Below, in pieces: positions 8,805 to 17,060 of a DNA stretch of 34,438 bases (the first letter of the stretch is position 1; each line of letters starts with the position of its first letter). The notes below the pieces were generated by a model. It did not search any database. It worked only from the letters and a program-made list of their open reading frames with translations, and was not told the origin of the DNA. The DNA is taken from NCBI GenBank assembly GCA_045863235.1, contig BTUM01000083.1:1-34438 (forward strand), read 5' to 3'. Both the position numbers and the translations under genes were made by a program. This DNA comes from Candidatus Xenobia bacterium (GTDB taxonomy: Bacteria > Vulcanimicrobiota > Xenobia > Xenobiales > QWHO01).

Positions 8805-9713
8805 ATGAGCCTGTCGGTGCTGCTGGTCACCCGCGACCGTCCGCGCCAGGCGGCCCGGGCGGTGGAGTCGATCCTGACCGCCCCGGGCGACTTCGAGCTG
8901 GTGGTGGTGGATCAGAGCCAGCGCTCGATACACCTGCCGCAGGACGCCCGCCTGCGACACCTGAGAGACCCCGGCCGGGGGCTCTCGCGGGGCCGCAATC
9001 GGGGCCTGGCGGCGGCCCACCACGAGCTGATTGCCTGCACCGATGACGACTGCACCGTGGGCCCGGACTGGCCAGCTGTGGCCGCTTCGCTGCTACGGCC
9101 AGAGCCCAGGGTCGGCATGGTCTTCGGCGAGGTGCGGGCCGCCTGGCACGACGTGAACCAGAGCCTGGTGCCCGCCCACCGGGCCAGCGCTGCCCGGGCC
9201 ACCAGCCTGTGGGAGAAGAACCGGGTGGAGGGGATGGGCGCCTGCATGCTGCTGCGCCGCTCGATGGTGCTCCAGCTGGGCGGCTTCGACGAGGGGCTGG
9301 GAGCCGGGGCCCGCTTCCCGGCCGGCGAGGAGCTGGATCTGGCCTTGCGCGCCCTGGCGGCCGGCTGGTGGATCCTGGAGCGGCCCGAGCTCTGGGTTTT
9401 GCACCAGGGGATCCGTCCGCGGGAGGAAGGCCCGGCCCTGGTGCGAGGCTACTGGCGCGGGACCGGAGCCGTCTTCGCCAAGCAGCTTCGCTGTCGGCGC
9501 TGGCCTGTTGTGTACCTGCTGGCCCGCCTCGGTTTTCGCTTCCTGGTGGGGGGGTCTTCGGTGGGCCAGAGCCTCAGGGCGGGTCGCCTCGACCGGCTGA
9601 CGGCCTTTGTGCGGGGAGGCTGGGAGGGACTGCGCGCTCCGCTGGAGCGAGGTCTGTTCCAAGCACCACCAGCATCCCCGCCAGCGCTCCCGCCAGCAGG
9701 GTCAGAGCTGTGA
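8805..9713 (+). CDS. glycosyltransferase family 2
   Basis: MSLSVLLVTRDRP, VVVDQS, GLSRGRNRG, CTDDDC, GGFDEGLGAG, GEELDL; start re-called to ATG 8805 within ORF 8580..9713. Confidence 0.9.
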   Translation: MSLSVLLVTRDRPRQAARAVESILTAPGDFELVVVDQSQRSIHLPQDARLRHLRDPGRGLSRGRNRGLAAAHHELIACTDDDCTVGPDWPAVAASLLRPEPRVGMVFGEVRAAWHDVNQSLVPAHRASAARATSLWEKNRVEGMGACMLLRRSMVLQLGGFDEGLGAGARFPAGEELDLALRALAAGWWILERPELWVLHQGIRPREEGPALVRGYWRGTGAVFAKQLRCRRWPVVYLLARLGFRFLVGGSSVGQSLRAGRLDRLTAFVRGGWEGLRAPLERGLFQAPPASPPALPPAGSEL

Positions 9714-10812
9714 CCATGGCGGCTCCGGCTGCCCCGTAGACGGGTACGGCCAGGGCGTGGCCGAGCAGGGCCAGGGGCACCAGCGGAGCGGTCAGCACCA
9801 GGGTCAGCCGCGAGCGCCCCGAGGCTCCCAGCACCGTGTGCACCGTGTCCAGCATCACGTAGCCGCAGCCGCCGAAGACCAGCCAGGCCAGCAGTCCGGC
9901 CGAGGGAGCGAACTCGGGCCCGTAGAGCAGCCCCACCAGCCAGGGAGCGCTCCAGGCCACCAGTGCGGCTACCGGCAGCGTCAAGAAGAGCAGAGCCAGG
10001 GCCCGGCGAGCCAGCCCCCGGGCCCGCACGCCCTGGCCTGAGTGCAGAGCGGCGGCGATCTCGGCGTGCAGCACCGGCAGCAGGGTGAGCACCACGTAGC
10101 CGGCCCGGGTGGCTCCCTGGGCGGCGCCGTACCAGCCACTGGCGGTGGGGTTGGCGGCCAGCACCCAGATTCCCATGGTCTCCACCAGGGCCAGGGACGC
10201 GGTGGCGGCCACCCAGGGCGATACGTAGCGCAGGGCCGGGCCCAGCTTGACCGGCTCTCCCGGTTGGGGAGCGGTGCGGGCTACCAGCAGCTCCAGAGCG
10301 GCTGCCAGCACCATGCCGGTCAGGGCCCCGGCCACGCCCAGGGGCAGCAGCAGGCTCACCAGCAGCAATCGTCCCAGCCAGCGGGTGGCCGTGGCGGCGG
10401 CCCGGGCCCGGTCGCGACGGCGGGCTACCAGGATGCTCTTGTGCAGGTTGGCCAACAAGAAGAGCGGTATCTCCAGGCCGAGCAGCGCCAGCGTCCAGGC
10501 CAGCCGGGGCTGGCCCGTGAGCCAGGCAGCCGGCAGACCCAGCAGGGCCAGCGCCAGCCAGGCCGCCCCTCCCAGTCTGGTGGTCAGGCGCAGAAGGCCT
10601 TGCTCGGCCCCCGGGCTGGTGGCCAGCAACCGCACCGTGGCCCGTCCCAGGAAGGCCAGCAGCACGGCCTCGGTCCAGGCTACCAGGCTCACGCTCAGGG
10701 CCAGCAGGCCGAAGTCGCGGGGGCCCAGAGTGCGGGTCAAGAGCACGCCCAGCACCAGCCCGGCCGGCAGGGCCAGCGACTCGGCCGCCAGCAAGAGGCC
10801 CGGTCTTCTCAC
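9574..10812 (-). CDS. Wzx-like oligosaccharide flippase / polysaccharide biosynthesis membrane protein
   Basis: LTRTLGPRDFG, GWYGAA, LLYGPEFAPS, PVYGAAGAA with many TM helices; GTG start at 10812 in GTGA overlap with the upstream stop. Confidence 0.8.
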   Translation of the reverse strand: MRRPGLLLAAESLALPAGLVLGVLLTRTLGPRDFGLLALSVSLVAWTEAVLLAFLGRATVRLLATSPGAEQGLLRLTTRLGGAAWLALALLGLPAAWLTGQPRLAWTLALLGLEIPLFLLANLHKSILVARRRDRARAAATATRWLGRLLLVSLLLPLGVAGALTGMVLAAALELLVARTAPQPGEPVKLGPALRYVSPWVAATASLALVETMGIWVLAANPTASGWYGAAQGATRAGYVVLTLLPVLHAEIAAALHSGQGVRARGLARRALALLFLTLPVAALVAWSAPWLVGLLYGPEFAPSAGLLAWLVFGGCGYVMLDTVHTVLGASGRSRLTLVLTAPLVPLALLGHALAVPVYGAAGAAMVTALTLLAGALAGMLVVLGTDLAPAERAVPPSLPAQRPSAGRGDPP

Positions 10813-12788
10813 GGGTCGCAGTAGCAGTTGCGGCAGTAGTCGGGCAGGTCGTGGTCGCGGATGCGCCGGCGCAACTCCCGGTAGCTTTCCCCGTTCCAGA
10901 TCTGCGAGAAGGGCTGCTCGAACAGGTTGCCCATGCGGGCCACCTCGGCGTCGGCCAGGATGCAGCAAGGCACCACGTCGCCGTTGGCGGCCACGAAGGC
11001 GCCCGTCCAGGGCCAGGCGCACTTTTTGGCTCGCGAGAGCAGGTCGCCGCGATAGACGTCCACCGCGAGCCCCACCTCCCGGGCTGTCTTCAGCGTCTTC
11101 TCGAGCGCCGGATCGCTCACCCGGATCTCCCGCGCCCGGGCCTTCATAGACGGCTTGCCCCAGTCGCTCACGAAGAGCTGCAAGGTCAGCTTGTCGGCCC
11201 CCAGCGAGCGCACCAGCCGCACCAGGTCGGGCAGCTCGGCCAGGTTGGCGCGGGTGACCACCGTCCATACCTCGATGCGAGGCGCGCTCCTCTCGCCCCG
11301 GGCCTGTACCAGCCGGCCCAGGTTGGCGCACACCTGCTCGAACTTCGAGCCGGGCCGCATGGCCTCGAAGGTGGCCGCGGTGGCCCCATCCAGGCTGATG
11401 GTGAGGCGCAGCTCGGGCAGCTCGAGCAGCTTTTGGATGCGGGCCTCGGTCAGCAAGGAGCCGTTGGAAATGAGGCCGGGCTCGATCCCCCGCTCCTGGG
11501 CTTCCTCCAGCAGCTCTTCCAGCTGGCGGTGCAGGAAGGGCTCGCCCATCCCCTGCAGCTTGACCTTGCCCAGGGCCGGGAACTGATCGAGCAACTGGCT
11601 GAAGCGCTCGCGGCTGAGCTGGGCGGCGGGCTTCTCCCAGTGGGTCACCTGGCAGTGCGGGCAGCGGAAATTGCAGCGGTTGATCGGCTCCACGTCCAGC
11701 GCCAGGGGGGGCACGGCCACCCGGCTCAGGCGCAGGCGATGGGCCACCAGCAGGGCCAGTCGGTGCCAGAAGGGGCGGCGCAGGGCGGCGCGATAGACGC
11801 TCTGGTGGCGGCGAGCCATCTGCTCGGGAGAAAGCCAGCTCTGCACGCGCTCGCGGGCGTTGCGGGCCAGGCTGGCGGCGCGCTCGGGGTCGCGCAGCAG
11901 GCTGGCGATGGCCGCGGCCAGCTCTTGCGGTTGCTCGGGCTCGACCAGCAGCCCGTCCTGCTCGTGGCGCACCAGCTCGGGAATGCCGCCCACCCGGGTG
12001 GCCACCACCGGGCAACCGGCCGCCATGGCCTCCAGCAGGGCAACCGGCTGGCCCTCCCAGCGCGAGGGCAGCACGAACACGGTGGCTCGGGCCAGCAGGT
12101 CAGGGACATCCTGGCGGGGGCCCAGGAATTGGATGGGGCCCTCTCGTCTGGAGCCCGGGCCGGCCCAGCGGGCGGTGAGGTCTGGAAACTCCGCTTGCAG
12201 CAAGAGCAGGGCCTGCTCGAGCACGTCGGGGCCCTTCTGGCGGTCCACCCGGGCCACCGTCAGCAGCGTTCGGGCCTCTCTTGCGGCGTTCGAGGGGATC
12301 AGCTCGACGGCGTTGGGGATGACCGTAACCCGGGCCCGGGGATGGCGCTGACGCAGGGCTCTCGCGACCGCCTCCGAGACGGCCACGTGGTGGCGAGTCA
12401 CCGGAGCGAGCAGTCGGTCGAGGAAGTTGCCCAGGCGCGGCCGCCAGGGCCACCAGACCACGTTGTGGGCGGTGGAGACGTGAGCGGCTCCGCAGGCCAG
12501 GCAGGCCAGCCTTCCGATCAGGTCGGGCACCTCGCAGTGGCTGTGGATCACGTCGGGACGGTGCTTGACACAGAGCGCGATCAGCCGGAGCAGGGCCGGC
12601 AGGCAGTTGGCCATGGTGGGAGCGCCGCTGAGCACGGCCGTCGGCACGCTCAGCTCGCGGCGCAGGCTCTCGTTCTGGCCGCGGTGCAGGGCGGCCACCA
12701 GGGAGCCGGGTTGCCGGGCGGCCAGCTGGCAGGCCATGACCTCAGCCCCGGAGCGGTCGAAGTGGTAGATGAGGTGCAGGACCTTCAT
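10809..12788 (-). CDS. fusion of family 4 glycosyltransferase and radical SAM/SPASM(twitch) domain (659 aa)
   Basis: MKVLHLI..GAE, PDVIHSH, VIPNAV, KGPD, PSRWEGQPVALLEAMAAGCPVVATRVGG; then CNFRCPHC, GMGEPF and CAWPW..VVPCC..GNL..IWNG..CRNC; ATG 12788 overlaps the upstream TGA. Confidence 0.88.
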   Translation of the reverse strand: MKVLHLIYHFDRSGAEVMACQLAARQPGSLVAALHRGQNESLRRELSVPTAVLSGAPTMANCLPALLRLIALCVKHRPDVIHSHCEVPDLIGRLACLACGAAHVSTAHNVVWWPWRPRLGNFLDRLLAPVTRHHVAVSEAVARALRQRHPRARVTVIPNAVELIPSNAAREARTLLTVARVDRQKGPDVLEQALLLLQAEFPDLTARWAGPGSRREGPIQFLGPRQDVPDLLARATVFVLPSRWEGQPVALLEAMAAGCPVVATRVGGIPELVRHEQDGLLVEPEQPQELAAAIASLLRDPERAASLARNARERVQSWLSPEQMARRHQSVYRAALRRPFWHRLALLVAHRLRLSRVAVPPLALDVEPINRCNFRCPHCQVTHWEKPAAQLSRERFSQLLDQFPALGKVKLQGMGEPFLHRQLEELLEEAQERGIEPGLISNGSLLTEARIQKLLELPELRLTISLDGATAATFEAMRPGSKFEQVCANLGRLVQARGERSAPRIEVWTVVTRANLAELPDLVRLVRSLGADKLTLQLFVSDWGKPSMKARAREIRVSDPALEKTLKTAREVGLAVDVYRGDLLSRAKKCAWPWTGAFVAANGDVVPCCILADAEVARMGNLFEQPFSQIWNGESYRELRRRIRDHDLPDYCRNCYCDP

Positions 12789-13957
12789 GCCAGCTCGGCC
12801 AGCCAGTCCACCAGCTGGGGGCGCGTTTGCCGCAGACGGTCGCGGCCTTCCACGGTCCGCCGGTGCTGCTCGGGCCAGTCGCGGGCGATGGCCTCGATGG
12901 CCCCGGTGAGGGCTCCCCGGGTCACATGGGCCAGCGGCAGGGCGCGCTCGGGCTGTCCGAGCGCCCCGTAAAACCAGGTGATCTTGCCCAGCGAGGAGTC
13001 GTAGTCCAGCCCCAGCCCGGGAGTGCCCGCCAGGGCCGCCAGCACGTTGGCGTGAAAGCGCATGCCCAGGAAGGCGTCGGCCCCGGCCAGCAGCTCGGCG
13101 GTGGCCCGCGGGGTCAGCGGCTCGGGCACGAACCTGGCGCTCAGAGCGGTACAGCTCTGGTAGAGCAGGCGATCGTCGTCGGGGGGGACGTCGTGCATGG
13201 GAAACAGGGTGAGGCGCTGCACCACCCCGCGCCGGCAGAGATCTTCCAGGGCGGCCAGGACCTCTCCCAGGAAGCGCTCCCAGGTCGGGCGGTAGGCGCT
13301 GTGGGGCCCGCGATAGAAGGCGGGCGGCCAGGGACGCAGGTTGACGGCCAGGTGGAAGCCGTCGCCGCGCTCGGGCCGGTGGGGGATGGGGGCGTAGAGG
13401 GCCGGATCCACGAACACCCGGCCGGGCAGGGCGCCCTCCTCGCGCAGGGCCACCCGTTGCGAGAGAGCTGCCAGCGAGCGGGCCAGCGCCAGCATGGTCT
13501 TCAGGGGATGAGCCCCGACGCCCAGCAGCACGCAGGGCTTGCCCAGCCAGCGGGCAGCCAGCAGGCGCAGCCACCAGGTCAGCATCTCGGGATCGTCCAT
13601 CACCGGCCCGCCGGCCACCACCACCAGGTCGGCCCGGCCGATCTCCGCCAGGGCGGGCGAGACGACCGGGAAGTCCAGCTCGAGCTGCTCGAGCGTGCGC
13701 CGGCTGAAGGCGGGACGGCTGGAGGCCAGCTGAAAGCGGCAGGGGCCGTAAGCGTCTTGCAGCAGGCGGCAGCACTCGGCCAGGATGGCCCGGTCGCCCA
13801 CCGTCTCGGTGCCATACCAGCCCAGCAGCAGCACCCTCGGCTGGCGGGGCACGCGCGCGGCAGCTCGCCGGGTGGCCAGCTTCTCCAGGGGCAGCAGCAG
13901 GCGGCCCAGCCGGGCCAGGACGGCCAGGCGCAGGGCGCGCCGGGCCAGCTTCAGCAC
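12785..13957 (-). CDS. polysaccharide pyruvyl transferase family protein (CsaB/WcaK-like)
   Basis: GWYGTETVGDRAIL, ADLVVVAGG, GVG, LRE, VDPA, GMRFHANVLA; GTG start at 13957 with GGAGG upstream. Confidence 0.85.
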   Translation of the reverse strand: MLKLARRALRLAVLARLGRLLLPLEKLATRRAAARVPRQPRVLLLGWYGTETVGDRAILAECCRLLQDAYGPCRFQLASSRPAFSRRTLEQLELDFPVVSPALAEIGRADLVVVAGGPVMDDPEMLTWWLRLLAARWLGKPCVLLGVGAHPLKTMLALARSLAALSQRVALREEGALPGRVFVDPALYAPIPHRPERGDGFHLAVNLRPWPPAFYRGPHSAYRPTWERFLGEVLAALEDLCRRGVVQRLTLFPMHDVPPDDDRLLYQSCTALSARFVPEPLTPRATAELLAGADAFLGMRFHANVLAALAGTPGLGLDYDSSLGKITWFYGALGQPERALPLAHVTRGALTGAIEAIARDWPEQHRRTVEGRDRLRQTRPQLVDWLAELA

Positions 13958-14967
13958 TCCTCGGCCTCCGGCTCCAGGGCCAGGTTGTGCCAGGGGCAGA
14001 TCACCCGCTCGCCCTCGACCCGGCCCACGGCGGCCAGATCGGTGCCCTGGTGAGGACAGCGCCGGGCCATGGTGGCGCAGCGGCCCGAGGCCAGCCGCAC
14101 GCGGCACTGCTCCTTGGAGATGGCCCAGATCCCGGTGCCCCCCGGGTCGCTGGTTTTGGGATCGGGCAGGGAAGGAGACGAGTGCGCTGCGGGGCGCTTG
14201 AGGAGCAGGGTATGGGCGCGGATCAGCCGGTCGCGCAGCCAGCGGGTGGGGGAGGGGTGGGAGGGGAGGTAGTCGTGCAGCGAGCGGCCTCGATAGCGCG
14301 GCCGTCCTGGGGTAAGCCGGTAGCTGACCACCACCCGGCTCTCCTCGGTGCAGTTGAGCTCGGACGTGTGCAGGTGCTCGCCCGCGAAGACCACCGCATC
14401 GCCCGGCTCGAGCGTGAAGGTCCGGGGCTCGCCGAAGTCGAGTGCGTCCCGGCCGAAGGCCCGCGGATAGACGCACAGCCCGTTGCCCGGCTGCACCCGC
14501 CCCAGCGCCAGCCACAGGTTAACGGCGTTGATCGGGCAGCCGTGGTCGGAGTCCTTGTGGGGAGCGTGCACGCTCAGCTTGCCTTCGCCCACCTCGCGCG
14601 CGTGCTGCTGGTAGACCTGGCGGCCCTGGAGCCAGCTTTCGTACGGCACGTGGATACGCACGTTGGGCTGGCGCTCGTAGTAGAAGACGCCCGGCCAGCC
14701 CAGTCGGGGAACCACTCCCAGCAACACCTCGCGGGCAGTGGCCCGGAAGAAGTCAGACAGCTTGCGGGTCAGCTCGACCAGCTCAGGGGGAGAGAGGCGC
14801 TCATGGATGCGCTCGAGCGCGCCGGGGCCGGTGATGGCCTGCACGCGGGCGCCCAGGTCGACCACCTGGCGCACGACGAAGACTTCGCCCTGCAGGGCTC
14901 GGGGGATCATTTGCCAGGATACTTCTTCGACTCGCCTCGATGGCCTGCGATGGCGTTCTGGTAACAT
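13951..14967 (-). CDS. 2OG-Fe(II)/PhyH-like oxygenase fused to C-terminal Rieske [2Fe-2S] domain
   Basis: PHKDS..VNLWLAL..GNGLCVYP..LEPGDAVVF..HLH..SRVVVSYR; C-terminal CPHQG..ICPWH; start re-called to ATG 14967 (uncertain). Confidence 0.7.
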   Translation of the reverse strand: MLPERHRRPSRRVEEVSWQMIPRALQGEVFVVRQVVDLGARVQAITGPGALERIHERLSPPELVELTRKLSDFFRATAREVLLGVVPRLGWPGVFYYERQPNVRIHVPYESWLQGRQVYQQHAREVGEGKLSVHAPHKDSDHGCPINAVNLWLALGRVQPGNGLCVYPRAFGRDALDFGEPRTFTLEPGDAVVFAGEHLHTSELNCTEESRVVVSYRLTPGRPRYRGRSLHDYLPSHPSPTRWLRDRLIRAHTLLLKRPAAHSSPSLPDPKTSDPGGTGIWAISKEQCRVRLASGRCATMARRCPHQGTDLAAVGRVEGERVICPWHNLALEPEAEEC

Positions 14968-15063
14968 CCGTTTAACAGGTTTACTTTCGGGCAAACTCTC
15001 GGCAACGGCCCGGACAAACGGCTGGCTTAGCATCAAGAGAGCAAAACCAAGGAGGCACTCCCC

Positions 15064-15639
15064 GTGATGATGATGCGCTGGCTCGTTCTGCTCATTCTGT
15101 TGGTGGCCGCCGGTTGGTGGTGGACGCATCCCTCGCCAGACGGCGTTCGTCAGGAAGTGGAGCGAGCGCTGGACGCCCACCTCGGAAGCCGAGGCTATTC
15201 GCTGTCCGTGGCCGTGACGGTGGATCGCTCCGCGCTGGAGCGCACGACCACCGACGTGGGGGGAGCCGAGCCTTCCGTGGTGGTGGGCTCGCAGGTCGCC
15301 AGTGAGCAACACCAGCCGGGCAACTATGACAACCAGAAACAGTCCCTCAAATACGAGCACGACCAGACGAGCGAGCGTCAGGTCTGGAACGAGCCCCGGG
15401 TGACTCGGATCGATTGTGCGGTAGTGGTCTACGGCCCGCTCGACCCGCAGGCCAGAGCGGCGGTGGAGGAGCTGGTCATGGCGGCCGCCGGCATGCAGCT
15501 CGAGCGGGGGGATCGGGTGGTGGTGGTCAGCAGCCGGCAGCGTCCAGGCTTTGACTGGGCCGGGTCGGCCTGGATGGCTCTGGTGGGGGTTCTTCTGACG
15601 GCTCTCAGCGGTAGGGCCGGGTCTCTCGCTCGTCGCTGA
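15064..15639 (+). CDS. stand-alone FliF C-terminal (RBM3)-like membrane protein
   Basis: AAGGAGG RBS; N-terminal TM; VERALDAHLG..SVAVTVD..ERTT..YEHDQT..VTRIDCAVVV..VEELVMAAAGMQLERGDRVVV; C-terminal TM. Confidence 0.7.
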   Translation: MMMMRWLVLLILLVAAGWWWTHPSPDGVRQEVERALDAHLGSRGYSLSVAVTVDRSALERTTTDVGGAEPSVVVGSQVASEQHQPGNYDNQKQSLKYEHDQTSERQVWNEPRVTRIDCAVVVYGPLDPQARAAVEELVMAAAGMQLERGDRVVVVSSRQRPGFDWAGSAWMALVGVLLTALSGRAGSLARR

Positions 15640-16015
15640 GTCGCAGTCGGGCGGGCAGGTCGGCTGGTTGCAGCGGGAAGTAGATCACCATGCGGGCCTG
15701 GCGCCCGGCGGGGAGGTCGAAGCTTCCGAAGGTGCGCACCAGCCCCTGCCCCCGGTCCACCCCGGCGTCGGTGGGCGGGCGCACCAGCTCGCCGCCGGCG
15801 CTGACCAGCGTCAGGAAGTCCTGCCAGTAGACTCGCTGGCTCTCACGGGCGGGATTGCGCACCGTGACGTGGGCCAGCAGGTTCTTTCGATCCGGCGTGA
15901 CCTCGACGTTCTCGAGCCGGACGACCAGCACCGGGTCGGGGAGCACGACCGGAGTCTTGACCGGTTCCTGTGCTTCAAGGCCCCCCAGGAGGAGCAGCAG
16001 CAACAGCCACCTCAG
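15605..16015 (-). CDS. small exported beta-rich protein (DUF4352-like)
   Basis: signal-like hydrophobic N-terminus; VTVRNP..FLTLVSAGG..LPAG..MVIYF; start either CTG 16015 or TTG 16003. Confidence 0.65.
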   Translation of the reverse strand: MRWLLLLLLLGGLEAQEPVKTPVVLPDPVLVVRLENVEVTPDRKNLLAHVTVRNPARESQRVYWQDFLTLVSAGGELVRPPTDAGVDRGQGLVRTFGSFDLPAGRQARMVIYFPLQPADLPARLRLSDERETRPYR

Positions 16016-16995
16016 TGGCTGTGACCGTGGCCTTTCTTCTCGGGATGGCGCTTTTGCTCGGCGTAGAGCGCGATCAACTCGGCCGACTCGACCAGTCCGC
16101 CCACGAACAGGGCTGAGACGTTCATGTCGGAATTGATGAAGCCGCGCAGGCCCTCCTTGAGGAACTGCCCGGGGAAGGCCCCGATGTTGTTGGCCAGCTC
16201 GTCGTTGAGCTTCTCCTCGGGCACACCGAGCCTGCGCAGGCCCTGGTTGGCCACTCGCCCGCTATCCTGGCCCAGGTTGCGGAAGCCTTGCGAGAAACGC
16301 GGCCCGAACATGGGGCCCACGCCGCCGGCCAGCGCGCTGAGGCTGACCGTCAGGGCCATCCCGGCCGGCGCCTGCCCCAGGGCCACCAGGGCGCCGCCCA
16401 GGGCCGCTCCCGTGGCCGCGCCTACAGCCACCTTCTTCCAGGTGGGCTCGTCCTCCAGGCAGGCTCCCACTCCCGAGCCGATGGCTCCGGCCAGTTTGGA
16501 CGTGCCCGGCAAGAAGAGCCCGTTGATCAGGGTGGCGTTGCCCGAGGCGTCGCGCACGCTGGCTGCCTTGTCGCCCCGGAACGAGTGGAGCCCGCCGAGC
16601 AGGCAGCCGCCCACGACCTGGGCCACCCCCACCGGGCCGGTCAGGCTGCCCAGGCCGGCCGCTGCGGCCGCCCCGAAGGCGGCTCCGGCTGCCAGCGCCA
16701 GGGCGCGCGAGCCGGTTTTGCGCGAGACGAAGGTGGAGGCCAGCGAGGCTCCCGAGGCCACGATCACGCCCTCGAGTCCCATGAAAGCGAATCCGGCCGG
16801 GATGGAGTGGAACATGGGCTGGATGTAGCTGTTCTCCTCCAGGTCGCCGTCGGTGCTGGAGCGAGGTTGCGTATAGCGATCGAGCCATCCGAGCGGGCCG
16901 GGCAGGCTGGAGGTCGGCTCCTTCTCGGGCTCTGCGGCCTTTCGAGGACCGTGCTGGGTGCAGGCCGGCATCGGCAGGGTGGCGGTCACGTTCAT
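16012..16995 (-). CDS. Gly/Ala-rich membrane-associated hypothetical protein (glycine-zipper-like)
   Basis: two blocks of GxxxGxxxG hydrophobic helices, disordered N-terminus, His-rich C-terminus GHGHSH. Confidence 0.7.
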   Translation of the reverse strand: MNVTATLPMPACTQHGPRKAAEPEKEPTSSLPGPLGWLDRYTQPRSSTDGDLEENSYIQPMFHSIPAGFAFMGLEGVIVASGASLASTFVSRKTGSRALALAAGAAFGAAAAAGLGSLTGPVGVAQVVGGCLLGGLHSFRGDKAASVRDASGNATLINGLFLPGTSKLAGAIGSGVGACLEDEPTWKKVAVGAATGAALGGALVALGQAPAGMALTVSLSALAGGVGPMFGPRFSQGFRNLGQDSGRVANQGLRRLGVPEEKLNDELANNIGAFPGQFLKEGLRGFINSDMNVSALFVGGLVESAELIALYAEQKRHPEKKGHGHSH

Positions 16996-17060
16996 CGCCT
17001 GTGCAAGTTGCCACCTGGAACTGAAAAAAACCTGAAAGGCAGTTTTCTGGCGGTCGTCGT

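Noticed and set aside
14988..15035. c-di-GMP-I (GEMM) riboswitch-like string GGGCAAAC..GCAA..GGAC upstream of the FliF-like gene
   Set aside because: Only about 3 bp flank the GNRA loop, GCAAAG and the second stem are missing; an Infernal search with RF01051 would be needed to rescue it
17002..17015. Sigma54-like TGGCA..TTGC upstream of the 16995 gene
   Set aside because: GG-to-GC spacing is 6 nt instead of the required 10
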